64,000 nucleotides of DNA from Candidatus Algichlamydia australiensis. Its GTDB lineage: Bacteria > Chlamydiota > Chlamydiia > Chlamydiales > JAJFMI01. The notes beneath the pieces were generated by a model. The model was not told the origin of the DNA. It saw only the letters and a list, made by a program, of their open reading frames with translations, and did not search any database. Made by a program: the position numbers and the translations under genes. The DNA is taken from assembly GCA_033977065.1 (NCBI GenBank), contig JAXCHI010000003.1:576001-640000 (forward strand), written 5' to 3'. Positions 40,461-49,616 of this stretch are shown here, one piece after another (position 1 is the first letter of the stretch; each line of letters starts with the position of its first letter).

Positions 40461-43400
40461 TACTTTTTGAAATGTTTGAATCTTTATTTTGAAAGGCTAC
40501 TCCAACAATAGGCAGACCCCCTAAACAGGGAATACTTTGACGACTGCGTACTGTAGAATTAGTCATACTACCACTAAGTACGAGAAAATGTCTATCGGGA
40601 ACTGCTACAGTTGTTGTCGTAGTATTTTTTGAAGTCGCAATCCCAGTGGCAACAGTTGTAAGGTCAGAGCTTCCTCCCGATGATCCAGCATCACTTGCAT
40701 CTTCAATCTGCGCAGTAATTTCTTCATCGATCTGGAGAGTAACAATATCATCTTCGCCTAAAGTTGGGGTGATGCTTAGAGTGATTCCAATGTCGATATA
40801 CTCAATGTTACTTGTCGTCAAGGTTGAAGCGCCAGCGTTAGTGACAAGTGAGCCGGAAAAGGGGAGGTTGACGCCAGTGAAGAGTGTAGAGTTTTTCCCA
40901 TCTTGTGTAATGATTTGTTGCGTTAGTATGATGGTGGTATCGCCATCCTCTTTAAGAGCATTCACAAGTGAGCCAAGAGCAAAGTAGCTCTGTCCTTTGT
41001 GCATGATAATATCGCCAATGACGCCTAAGTCCCAGCCACCTAAGAAAGGAATATCTTGACCTGTTGGCGTGTCAGAGGCGGAAGTTGCAGCTAAATTTTT
41101 ATTAAAATCCGCAGCGGGATCGCCTCCAGCGTCGGTTCCACCAAGTGAGGGAAAACTGCCTGTTGCATACCCGAGTTTATTGCGGTACTTGCCTTGAGAC
41201 CCCCAACGCAGACCTAGGCTCAAATCGTTTTGCAAAGTGGTTTGTACAACAAGAACTTCAATAAATACTTGGCGCAAGGGAGAGTCTAAACTCTTGAGCA
41301 GCTCTTTAAGTTTTGCAAGAACTTGAGGTTTTCCTGTTCCAATCAATGAGTTTGTAATCTCAAGCCACTGTATGGAATTAATCGCCTCAATAAGATCGGT
41401 CGCATTTGAGGAGGGGACACTTGCGGGTTTTGCAGTCGGGCTTGTCAGCTTAGACGTTTGGGTCTCTTGCAAATCAGTGGCCACTTTTTTAAGTGCAATC
41501 TCAATTTGGTCACCGCGATGATACTGCAATTTGTAGATTAAGAAGCTGACATCATCAATTGTTTCAATCTCTGTTTCACCAGCAATTGGTATATCAAAGC
41601 GAGCAAGAAGTGTTTCGACTTCTTGGATAGCACTTTGCGTTCCTGAGATGAGGATGCTGCAGGTCTTTTCCATCCACTTCAAGCTGTTGATCGCATCGAA
41701 GAGCTGCTTTTGGTTTACGCCAGCCTGCACAAGGTTTTTTTCAAAATCGCGCAGAGTTTCAATAAGATTTTCGCCATGTTGGAATTTAGGCGTGTAGAGA
41801 ACATACCCTTCTGGCCCGGCAAATCCTGTTGTAGCAAGGGCGGGATTGTCAAATTTTTCAATCAGCCTCTGTACCTTTTCAAGTGTAGGTTCTGGCCCTG
41901 TAAAGACAAGGGATTTAGAATCCTGTACGTAGCGCATGCGGTTGATTGTTTCAATTAACTGCTGATCAGGGTCAGCGCTACGCTCTAAATCTCTGGAGAT
42001 GGTTTCTAAGGAAGCCATTAGCTGTTCTACGGTCACATAGCGTGGCTGGTAAACAAAGAAAGTGGACTTGCCAATTTTTTGAATTGCAGCGCCAAGGACG
42101 GGAGTATCAAATTTATGTAGCAATGTCTCGAGCTTTTCAAGCGTTGGTTCGGGACCTGTAAAGATGATCGACTTAGTCTCTTCAACATAGCGCATCGTTT
42201 TGATCGACTGGACAAGACCTTCGTCGGGTCTACCGCTATCGGCAATTTGAGCTCCAATAGCGCGCAGAGAGCGCATGAGCTGATCGGCAGAGAGGTTGAC
42301 AGGAGTATAGACAAGGAAGGTTACAGGACCGAGTTTATGAATCATCTCCTCCCGCTCTTTTGGAACATCTACTTCTGCAAGAAGCTCTTTAATTTTTTCA
42401 ATTGTGTCTGTGTTTCCAGTAAAAACCAGAGAATTGCTTGAAGATTCAAAGCGCATCGACTTGATCGCATTCAAAAGTCCAGGATCAGCGAGGTTGGCCC
42501 TTTTTAAGTCCTCTGCGATATGGTTCAAATTTCTCTGAATTTGTTTAGGCGGCTTGAACTTTGGCTTGTAGAGATAAAAATGGGAGGCGACACCAGTTTG
42601 CGCAACATCAAAGTCGATGAGGGACATTACCTCTTTTACGCGCAAAAGAGCGGTCTCTGTTCCAGTGAAAACTAGCGCATTATTTTTGGGTTCCCATTTA
42701 ACGCTCTCCAAAGCGTAGAGCATGCTGGGATCTGCAAGCTCTGAATCTTTTAAATCGTCTGCAAGTTGGTCGATTGCTTCAAGAAGAACCTTGCCTGGGC
42801 GGTGTTGAGGGTTATAAATTAAGAATTCATTTGCTTCGCCCGCTTTTTCTCGTACTGCTTGCTCAATTGAAGGGGCATCAATCGTAGGCAGCAGATTTTT
42901 TAGCTGCGTCAAAGCAGCCTCATCTCCCATGAAGAGAATGATGCCCGCTTTCTTATTGACCTGCATATTTTTCAAAGTGAAAAGCAGATCGATTTCAACA
43001 ATGCGAGAATTTTTTAGGTTATCAGCTACGCGCTCTAAACCTTTTTCTACTTCCTTTACGCTTTTGTACTTGGGTCTGTAGACGAAGACAGAAATTGTAG
43101 GTTTTCCAGCACTGTCAAGTGTTTTTAAAAGATCTTCAATTTTTTTGAGCGCCTCTTGGTCACCTACAAAAAGGAAGGAGTTGCTCTCATCGATGTACTT
43201 CATCGATTTGACCGCATTGACAAGACCAATATCTTCTTGTCCTTCTACTTGGAAGGATTTAGAGATTTTTTTTAGCGCAGCATCTATGACAAAGGGGCCT
43301 TTGTACTGCAACTTGTAAAGAAAAATGTTTTGATTGTTAATGGTATCCAAGCTTTGCAGCAGCTCTTCCACTTTTTTTACATTTGCCGTGTTGTCTGTGA

Positions 43401-43941
43401 CAATCAAGTGACTTGTCTCTTCAGACGGCTCTACAATTGCTGTAGCCGATAGCATTGGCTTGAGAAGAAGGGATAGACGTGTTGGGGAGTTACTGTGAAT
43501 GCGAAAAACGCGCGTTGCCATCGGTAGGGGATAGGGGCCTTCGTAAGGAATTTCTTCCGAAACAACCGTGGCAATCTGTTTTACGGCAGGGTTTTTATGA
43601 AGGATGATATTGGGGCCTTGCTCCATCATCTCAAAGCCTTGAATGCGCAAGACCTGAATGAGGGCTGCCATGATATTTGAGAGAGACGTTGGCTCTTCGG
43701 AGGTAATCGTTACATTAAAGTTCATCTCGGCTTCATCGTAGATAAAGTTCGTGTCAGAGATTTGCGTGATGAATTTTAAAAACTCCAAAATGGAAACATC
43801 TTGGAAATTGATGGTATAGCCTGGCTGCTCATTAGCGATGAGGATACCTGCTGGAGGTGTTTTCTCTTTTGCTCCTAACGATATGAAAGGAAGTAGTAGT
43901 AAGAGGCTAAGACGAATTAGTTTATTATATTTTATGCCCAT
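40306..43941 (-). CDS. cdsC: Type III secretion secretin CdsC/SctC
   Basis: Signal peptide, INFQDVSILEFLKFI N0 domain, repeated secretin N domains, QVFIEVLVV, IPCLGGLPIVG, MFVKPQII. Confidence 0.93.
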   Translation of the reverse strand: MGIKYNKLIRLSLLLLLPFISLGAKEKTPPAGILIANEQPGYTINFQDVSILEFLKFITQISDTNFIYDEAEMNFNVTITSEEPTSLSNIMAALIQVLRIQGFEMMEQGPNIILHKNPAVKQIATVVSEEIPYEGPYPLPMATRVFRIHSNSPTRLSLLLKPMLSATAIVEPSEETSHLIVTDNTANVKKVEELLQSLDTINNQNIFLYKLQYKGPFVIDAALKKISKSFQVEGQEDIGLVNAVKSMKYIDESNSFLFVGDQEALKKIEDLLKTLDSAGKPTISVFVYRPKYKSVKEVEKGLERVADNLKNSRIVEIDLLFTLKNMQVNKKAGIILFMGDEAALTQLKNLLPTIDAPSIEQAVREKAGEANEFLIYNPQHRPGKVLLEAIDQLADDLKDSELADPSMLYALESVKWEPKNNALVFTGTETALLRVKEVMSLIDFDVAQTGVASHFYLYKPKFKPPKQIQRNLNHIAEDLKRANLADPGLLNAIKSMRFESSSNSLVFTGNTDTIEKIKELLAEVDVPKEREEMIHKLGPVTFLVYTPVNLSADQLMRSLRAIGAQIADSGRPDEGLVQSIKTMRYVEETKSIIFTGPEPTLEKLETLLHKFDTPVLGAAIQKIGKSTFFVYQPRYVTVEQLMASLETISRDLERSADPDQQLIETINRMRYVQDSKSLVFTGPEPTLEKVQRLIEKFDNPALATTGFAGPEGYVLYTPKFQHGENLIETLRDFEKNLVQAGVNQKQLFDAINSLKWMEKTCSILISGTQSAIQEVETLLARFDIPIAGETEIETIDDVSFLIYKLQYHRGDQIEIALKKVATDLQETQTSKLTSPTAKPASVPSSNATDLIEAINSIQWLEITNSLIGTGKPQVLAKLKELLKSLDSPLRQVFIEVLVVQTTLQNDLSLGLRWGSQGKYRNKLGYATGSFPSLGGTDAGGDPAADFNKNLAATSASDTPTGQDIPFLGGWDLGVIGDIIMHKGQSYFALGSLVNALKEDGDTTIILTQQIITQDGKNSTLFTGVNLPFSGSLVTNAGASTLTTSNIEYIDIGITLSITPTLGEDDIVTLQIDEEITAQIEDASDAGSSGGSSDLTTVATGIATSKNTTTTTVAVPDRHFLVLSGSMTNSTVRSRQSIPCLGGLPIVGVAFQNKDSNISKSNVIMFVKPQIIHSFHEYDKITEERENLWRDYSVPEEFDQAIDLIKTPEDLD

Positions 43942-44081
43942 TCGCAGGCGATACTCACAGATGATTTTCTCTCAAATCTATAAGAGTCAATTTATTTTTG
44001 CAATGTTAACATTCAACTTACTGCCTCTTTCTTGCAAGTGACTCTTTTTTCTATTGGGTTTACAATCATATGTATTAAAGA

Positions 44082-45251
44082 GTGAGGCGAAAGATGCAGT
44101 CAGTAAATTCTATATCAGTTCATAAGCAGTATACTACAACCGTACAAAGGGGTATCGATGCGATCGCAAACCTAGATTTTTACAGAGCTCGCCGTTTTTT
44201 TGAGTTAGCTGATGAGCTGTGTCCAGAGAAACGGGAACATCGAAAGCTCTATTTAAGGGCACTAAGAATTTTACGTAAGGATAAAACTCAAAAATTCATC
44301 AACGGCCCAAAAAGCACCCCCGATTTAAAAAGAGCGGATCGCTTACTTCGGCAAGTCGAGGGTAAAGATCTGAAAGAAAATAGGGAAAAAATTCTTCTTC
44401 TTGGAGAGTGCGGGTTTACATTTACCCTTGCACTTATCAAAAAGCATCCGAATCTTGCCAAAAAAATAATTGCTACTGAATTACTTACCCATGACGAGAT
44501 ATCTCAAAAGATGGACGAATACATTGATCGAAATTGGGGATCTAATTCAATAGAAAAGGATGAATTAGAGGGTAAATGTGCGCAGGTAGAAAGACGCTTG
44601 TGGTACATAAAAAAGCAGGGAGTAGATGTTCGGTATGGTGTCGATGCAACACAAATTCATGAAAAGTTTGCCGAATACAATATAGAAAGCATTCACTGGA
44701 ATTGCCCATTTGGAGACCCATGTAAAAGAGAGGAATTTTTTCCTGTATTGCCTGCATTTTTTCAATCTGCTGCTAAGATTCAAAAAATTGGAGGGCGCAT
44801 TTATATAGGTCTTGATCAAAACGAGGGGTATTGGCAGACTCGCCAAGTGGAATATCCCTTGTTACCTGCAGCAGCGCTTGCTGGATATCGGCTGGTTCGC
44901 AAAAGAGATTTTGGAAAGAATCGCTATTTTGGATACCACTTTCAAAAGACGGGCTCTTATGATGATAATACCCGAGCAAAAACGGGTCGCCAATTTGTTT
45001 TTGAAAAGGTAGAGGAACCAACAGAAGAGAGTAGAGAAATGATAGGCGCTGTGATTCGTGATTATGATGGCAGTGAGCTTTTGTGCAAAGATCTGGAAAA
45101 AATTGAGCTTGTAGAGCAAAAAATTATTGGAATGATGGATCCAAATGAAAAAAGATATGAAGTAGGATTTGGGTGTGAAGCAGAAGACAAGGGAGGAGAA
45201 TACGCCGCCTTCCACTACGTTTGTAGCACCGATGGAGACTCATCTTGTTAA
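44082..45251 (+). CDS. DUF2431/BMT5-like Rossmann methyltransferase domain protein
   Basis: ILLLGECGFTFTLAL, IIATEL, VRYGVDAT, IHWNCPF, FFQSA...GGRIYI. Confidence 0.72.
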   Translation: MRRKMQSVNSISVHKQYTTTVQRGIDAIANLDFYRARRFFELADELCPEKREHRKLYLRALRILRKDKTQKFINGPKSTPDLKRADRLLRQVEGKDLKENREKILLLGECGFTFTLALIKKHPNLAKKIIATELLTHDEISQKMDEYIDRNWGSNSIEKDELEGKCAQVERRLWYIKKQGVDVRYGVDATQIHEKFAEYNIESIHWNCPFGDPCKREEFFPVLPAFFQSAAKIQKIGGRIYIGLDQNEGYWQTRQVEYPLLPAAALAGYRLVRKRDFGKNRYFGYHFQKTGSYDDNTRAKTGRQFVFEKVEEPTEESREMIGAVIRDYDGSELLCKDLEKIELVEQKIIGMMDPNEKRYEVGFGCEAEDKGGEYAAFHYVCSTDGDSSC

Positions 45252-45309
45252 CAAAAATACCAACCGACTGATTTGTTAAAGAAGGCAAAATTTTGGCTGC
45301 AACACCTCT

Positions 45310-46992
45310 TTACAGTATGCTCCAGTGATTATTTTCACGATCACTTGCTGGCATATGACCAATGATGTAGGTGCTAACGCTGTCTCTTTCATCGCTCGGC
45401 CAGGCGCGGTGAACACAAAGCTCCCAGCCTTTTTGTCCTGTTCCTGTGTTATCTTTAGCAAGGGAAATGGTGAATTTATTTCCGGTTCCCACTCTTTTCA
45501 GCTTCCAGTAGCTATTCGTGGAGGGATTTTTACAAAAACTTGCATATGTTGACACTTGGCTTCTGTTTGGTCCCTTGCCTGGTTTGTCACCTCGAATAAG
45601 TGATAGACCCCACCCAGTTTGATTCGTATCCCTGTCAAGTTTATGGTACCTTTCGTCGAATGTAAGAATAATTTGGTAAGTCTCTCCATTGTCCCGAGTA
45701 ACAAGGAATAGCGTATTGTTATGCAAATACTTTTTATGAGCAGATGCATACACAGAGTTGCGATTTCTAAAATCATTTCGTTTTGGATGCTCTCTTGTAG
45801 GATAATAGGCATGCGCAGAAAGTTCGTATCCTTCCCAACTTGAGTTTGTAGAAACAATTTTATAGACCCTTTGAGGTGTAAAAAGAGTTTTTGGTAGCTT
45901 GTCTAAGGCATAGATTTGTTTTTTTAGGTTTTTTGCATGTTGACTACTAAAAACTTGTCCTGCTGCAGCACGTTTTTGTTCAACAATATCGATGAGATCC
46001 TCTACTGTTTCTTCATCTAGATGAGAGTTTTCTGAGCATGCACTTTCAAAAGAAGTTACAATTTGTGTAATCAGTTCGTTCACACTGCTTTCGATACATG
46101 ATGGGAAGGCGTTTATCACGTTTACAATGTGCTGTCTTTGGAGGCGAAGTTCTCTCTCATGAAAATATCGTTCAAGCCAACCTATTGTCAACCCAAGTGC
46201 GTTTACAAGGCCTGCCGTGTATCTCACCTCCTCTCTGTTTTTTATTGCTATCTCTACAAGCTTATCAATTGTTTCGTGGATAGGGCGAAGAACTCTAGCC
46301 GTATTTTGAATCTCAACATTGCAATCAGAGTATTCTGCCCTTAAAAGCTCCCATGAAGTTCCATTAGCCTGGTTTTCAATATTTGGGTAATGGGGTAGAT
46401 CGTAATCACGGAATATGCAATCAATATTGCCATCAAAGGGATACGAAGTTTTTGCGATTTTAGCTTTGCAGTCTCTTAAGTGCTTCCACGTGCTTGTCAT
46501 TACGCTACGTAATCGACGATTGAAGTGATGGTTTTCTTTTGTCTCTTCGATCAAGGCCCAGCAGCCTCTTCTGTTTTCATTAATCAAGTCTTCTAAAGCG
46601 CCTGAATCTACAATTGGAGGGAAATGATTGCAAAGTTCGTGTTTTTGCGACTTGTCGGGTAGATCGGGTTTATCTACAGTTCGAATTTGCGTCTCCAACC
46701 CTCTAGGTTCTATTCCAGTTAACCCTGCTCTTTGGCAGAGATAAACAACTCGATTTTGGATATCAATTACTCTTTGAGAGGCTGCTTCTAAGTACTCTCG
46801 ATTTGACCGAACTCTTTCATAAAGTTGTCTAAGAGCGTATCTTTCTGGATTGAAAACATGATAGGAAAAAGTGTCATAGGTTGCATACTTGTTTTCACTG
46901 CCTTTCCCTAACATTGCATTGGGATTGACGCCACCTAAAGGTACGTCACCGCTGTAAAAAGAGTTTTTCTCAAATTTTGATGGGATACTCAC
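45310..46992 (-). CDS. Hypothetical protein: helical N-terminus and three-fold repeated beta-rich C-terminus
   Basis: 560 aa; GTG start overlaps the upstream stop (GTGA); repeats GYELSAH, GWGLSL, GWELCVH. Confidence 0.75.
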   Translation of the reverse strand: MSIPSKFEKNSFYSGDVPLGGVNPNAMLGKGSENKYATYDTFSYHVFNPERYALRQLYERVRSNREYLEAASQRVIDIQNRVVYLCQRAGLTGIEPRGLETQIRTVDKPDLPDKSQKHELCNHFPPIVDSGALEDLINENRRGCWALIEETKENHHFNRRLRSVMTSTWKHLRDCKAKIAKTSYPFDGNIDCIFRDYDLPHYPNIENQANGTSWELLRAEYSDCNVEIQNTARVLRPIHETIDKLVEIAIKNREEVRYTAGLVNALGLTIGWLERYFHERELRLQRQHIVNVINAFPSCIESSVNELITQIVTSFESACSENSHLDEETVEDLIDIVEQKRAAAGQVFSSQHAKNLKKQIYALDKLPKTLFTPQRVYKIVSTNSSWEGYELSAHAYYPTREHPKRNDFRNRNSVYASAHKKYLHNNTLFLVTRDNGETYQIILTFDERYHKLDRDTNQTGWGLSLIRGDKPGKGPNRSQVSTYASFCKNPSTNSYWKLKRVGTGNKFTISLAKDNTGTGQKGWELCVHRAWPSDERDSVSTYIIGHMPASDRENNHWSIL

Positions 46993-49457
46993 GCTTTTCC
47001 TCCTGTTATTTGAAACTTTGCTCTACCTTCATGAATAGCGAGGAGAGCGGGATTAGGATTTAATCTCAAACGAGAGGCGATTTCATACCGAGCTGCCTCT
47101 TTCGAAAGGTTTTGATGAAGTGCAAAAAGCTCTTCTAATTCAAGGGTGTGAGCTAGTTGGCCTTTAGAGACTTCGTTAGAGTTAGGGAGAGGGATCTCTT
47201 TATCACGAACTTGTAACTTCCATTTTTTCTCGTCGCCAACGACAGAAAAGTGGTTGCCTAGTGTTTTTTTGAGCGCTTCAGGTTCTGGATGAGCCCACGA
47301 GGTCATATATTCTAAACGTGCTTCTGGTGTTCTGCTAAATTGGTAGATAACTAGATTGTGGACAATCAGAGGGTGTCTGATAAAAATCTCTTCAAGAGAG
47401 CTTGGCTTTTTAAATAAATCTTCTGAAAGTTTTGGAAGCAAGAGATGACCTGATAGTAGATTTTGCTGCGCAATAGCTAGGCCTACAAAATCCAATGCTC
47501 CTTTAAGCATCTCGTAGCCTTTTCCATTAAGTGTTTTGAGGTTATCAAACTCTTCAATGCTATATAAAGTATTACTTTCGGGATCTTTATAGAGCTCGAG
47601 CAGGTAGTGGAATTTTTCAGCAACTTGGGCCCATGTCTTTAAAGCTTTAATAAAGAAGAGTTTGTCGACTAACTCAAGAGGCGTTCCGTGGAAAGTAGCT
47701 CTTTGTGTGATAGAAAGAATTTGTTTGGAAAAGTTTTCAGGTTCCTGGACCTGTGATAACGCTTCAATTTCTTTTCCGGTAGTACATACATTCACCAGCA
47801 TCGCAATAAGCTTAGAGGTGCTATTTTGATCAAATTTATCTTGTATGTATTCAATTAAGAGGGGAAAGTCATGGGCCTTTTCTGCCTGCTCTGCACTTTC
47901 AATTAGGTGAAGAGCAGAAGCACGTGTATCGTGAGCGCCCATAAAATTATAACGAACTTTTGCAAGTCCTGAGCCTAGTGCGCTTGAAGTGTTTAAGAAT
48001 TCCCGGGCTTTTTCAAGGCTTTGAAAACGATTTTGATCGGGAATATATCCGTAGTGATTTGGATTTTTTAGGAGATCTTCTAATGCATCTTTGGATGTAT
48101 GGGCTCTTTCCCATAGGAGTGCATTTATCCCTTCAGAATAGCGAATAAAGAATTGCGTATGTATCGAGAGTGCACGCATTACAAAAGCGTGATTTTCCAT
48201 CTCGCTTTTTCTTAATTCGTTGACACTTTCTAAAATATGAGATTGGTTCTCAAAGAGGTTTTGAAAATTTGATCGATTTTCTTGCCGCATTTCGGAAAGG
48301 TACTGACCCATGGCCCTCTGATTTGCCAGGATTTGTTGCTGGTTCTGCCCGAGTGCTCCAAAGCCTTCTGAAATTTGCTGAGAAATTTGATTGAAGGCAT
48401 CCATGATCATCGCATGTCTTTGTGCTGCAGGATCTTCTTGTTGGCGTCCGAAGAGAGCGCAGATTCCAAGTAAGGATTGAGCTGCTTGCATGTAGCCCAT
48501 AGCATTTACGCCGCTAGTTCCTGTTGCTGAAGCAATACCCATACCTGCTTGGGCTAATAGCATTCCAGCTTGTAACCCTTTTTGAACGCGTCTTGGAACT
48601 TTGATTCCAAAAGTTTGAGCCGCAATCAGTGTTGTTTTGATTGCTTCTGCTGTGATTTCAAGATTGTTTTGAATGTTTTGGCGAGTCTCTTCGTTGATTT
48701 TCTGTTCAACTATTTTTTTCCTTATGGCCTGAAGTTTTTCTTTTTCACTGAGATTGCTCTCTTTTACTTTATTGATTTCTTTTTTAAGAGCTTCGTGCTG
48801 ACCTTTCAGGCTTTCCATGCTAGAACTAACATCTGCTAATGCGTTTGCAATGTTTGCTGCATTCTCCTTCTCTCCGTTAAATGCATCGGAGCATTTTCTA
48901 ACACTTTCGTTAAACGTGACAGAGTTTGGTCCTGAGCTAGGGAGAGAATTCTCATCGAGATTCGCATGTTCAATAATGCGTTCCGCTATCTTCTTAGTCG
49001 TTGGGTTAGCCTCTTCGAGGTCGACTAGGTTTTGATCTTTTAAGAATTGCAATCGATCTTTCGGTTCTAAGCCACAAAAATTTTGATAAAATTCAGGGTT
49101 TTGGTTTTTAAGAGCTCTAGTTGTGCCGGCAAAGGCGTTTTGCATATCGAAAATTAGTTTTGTATCTATGTTGCTTTGTAGCTGTGAAAATAGATCGTTT
49201 GCAAATGGCATAGATAAAGCAATTGGAATTTGCCAGGGATTTGGTATTACGGATCCAGCATAGAAAGCGGCACTTCCAGTTCCAATTCCTAAACTCTTAA
49301 GTTTGTGGAGAGCATAAGCACCCATCACATCATTGCACTCTCTTTGGTAGGCCTTGTCATTTTCGCTGTTCCACAAATTGGAGGGGTGAGAAGATGCTGT
49401 AGATCCCATCTTCCTATAATATTCTTCAAAAGTACTGTGGGGAACTTTATGTGCCAT
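46989..49457 (-). CDS. Large coiled-coil protein with a central hydrophobic hairpin
   Basis: 822 aa, RBS AAGGAGG; GMLLAQAGMGIASATG...AAQSLLGICALFG flanked by heptad-rich segments. Confidence 0.8.
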   Translation of the reverse strand: MAHKVPHSTFEEYYRKMGSTASSHPSNLWNSENDKAYQRECNDVMGAYALHKLKSLGIGTGSAAFYAGSVIPNPWQIPIALSMPFANDLFSQLQSNIDTKLIFDMQNAFAGTTRALKNQNPEFYQNFCGLEPKDRLQFLKDQNLVDLEEANPTTKKIAERIIEHANLDENSLPSSGPNSVTFNESVRKCSDAFNGEKENAANIANALADVSSSMESLKGQHEALKKEINKVKESNLSEKEKLQAIRKKIVEQKINEETRQNIQNNLEITAEAIKTTLIAAQTFGIKVPRRVQKGLQAGMLLAQAGMGIASATGTSGVNAMGYMQAAQSLLGICALFGRQQEDPAAQRHAMIMDAFNQISQQISEGFGALGQNQQQILANQRAMGQYLSEMRQENRSNFQNLFENQSHILESVNELRKSEMENHAFVMRALSIHTQFFIRYSEGINALLWERAHTSKDALEDLLKNPNHYGYIPDQNRFQSLEKAREFLNTSSALGSGLAKVRYNFMGAHDTRASALHLIESAEQAEKAHDFPLLIEYIQDKFDQNSTSKLIAMLVNVCTTGKEIEALSQVQEPENFSKQILSITQRATFHGTPLELVDKLFFIKALKTWAQVAEKFHYLLELYKDPESNTLYSIEEFDNLKTLNGKGYEMLKGALDFVGLAIAQQNLLSGHLLLPKLSEDLFKKPSSLEEIFIRHPLIVHNLVIYQFSRTPEARLEYMTSWAHPEPEALKKTLGNHFSVVGDEKKWKLQVRDKEIPLPNSNEVSKGQLAHTLELEELFALHQNLSKEAARYEIASRLRLNPNPALLAIHEGRAKFQITGGKA

Positions 49458-49616
49458 ATGAACCTCCTTTAAGTAAAAACTTGGCTAGAGTCTCTTTTGT
49501 TTAAGTTTTTTTGTCAAGATGTTAAGATTTTGTGCAGATAAAGGTTGCCGAAAAACTATAACCAGATCTAACATTCGATACAGATTTTAGTTTTAATTAA
49601 CTTTTGGAGGAAAAGT

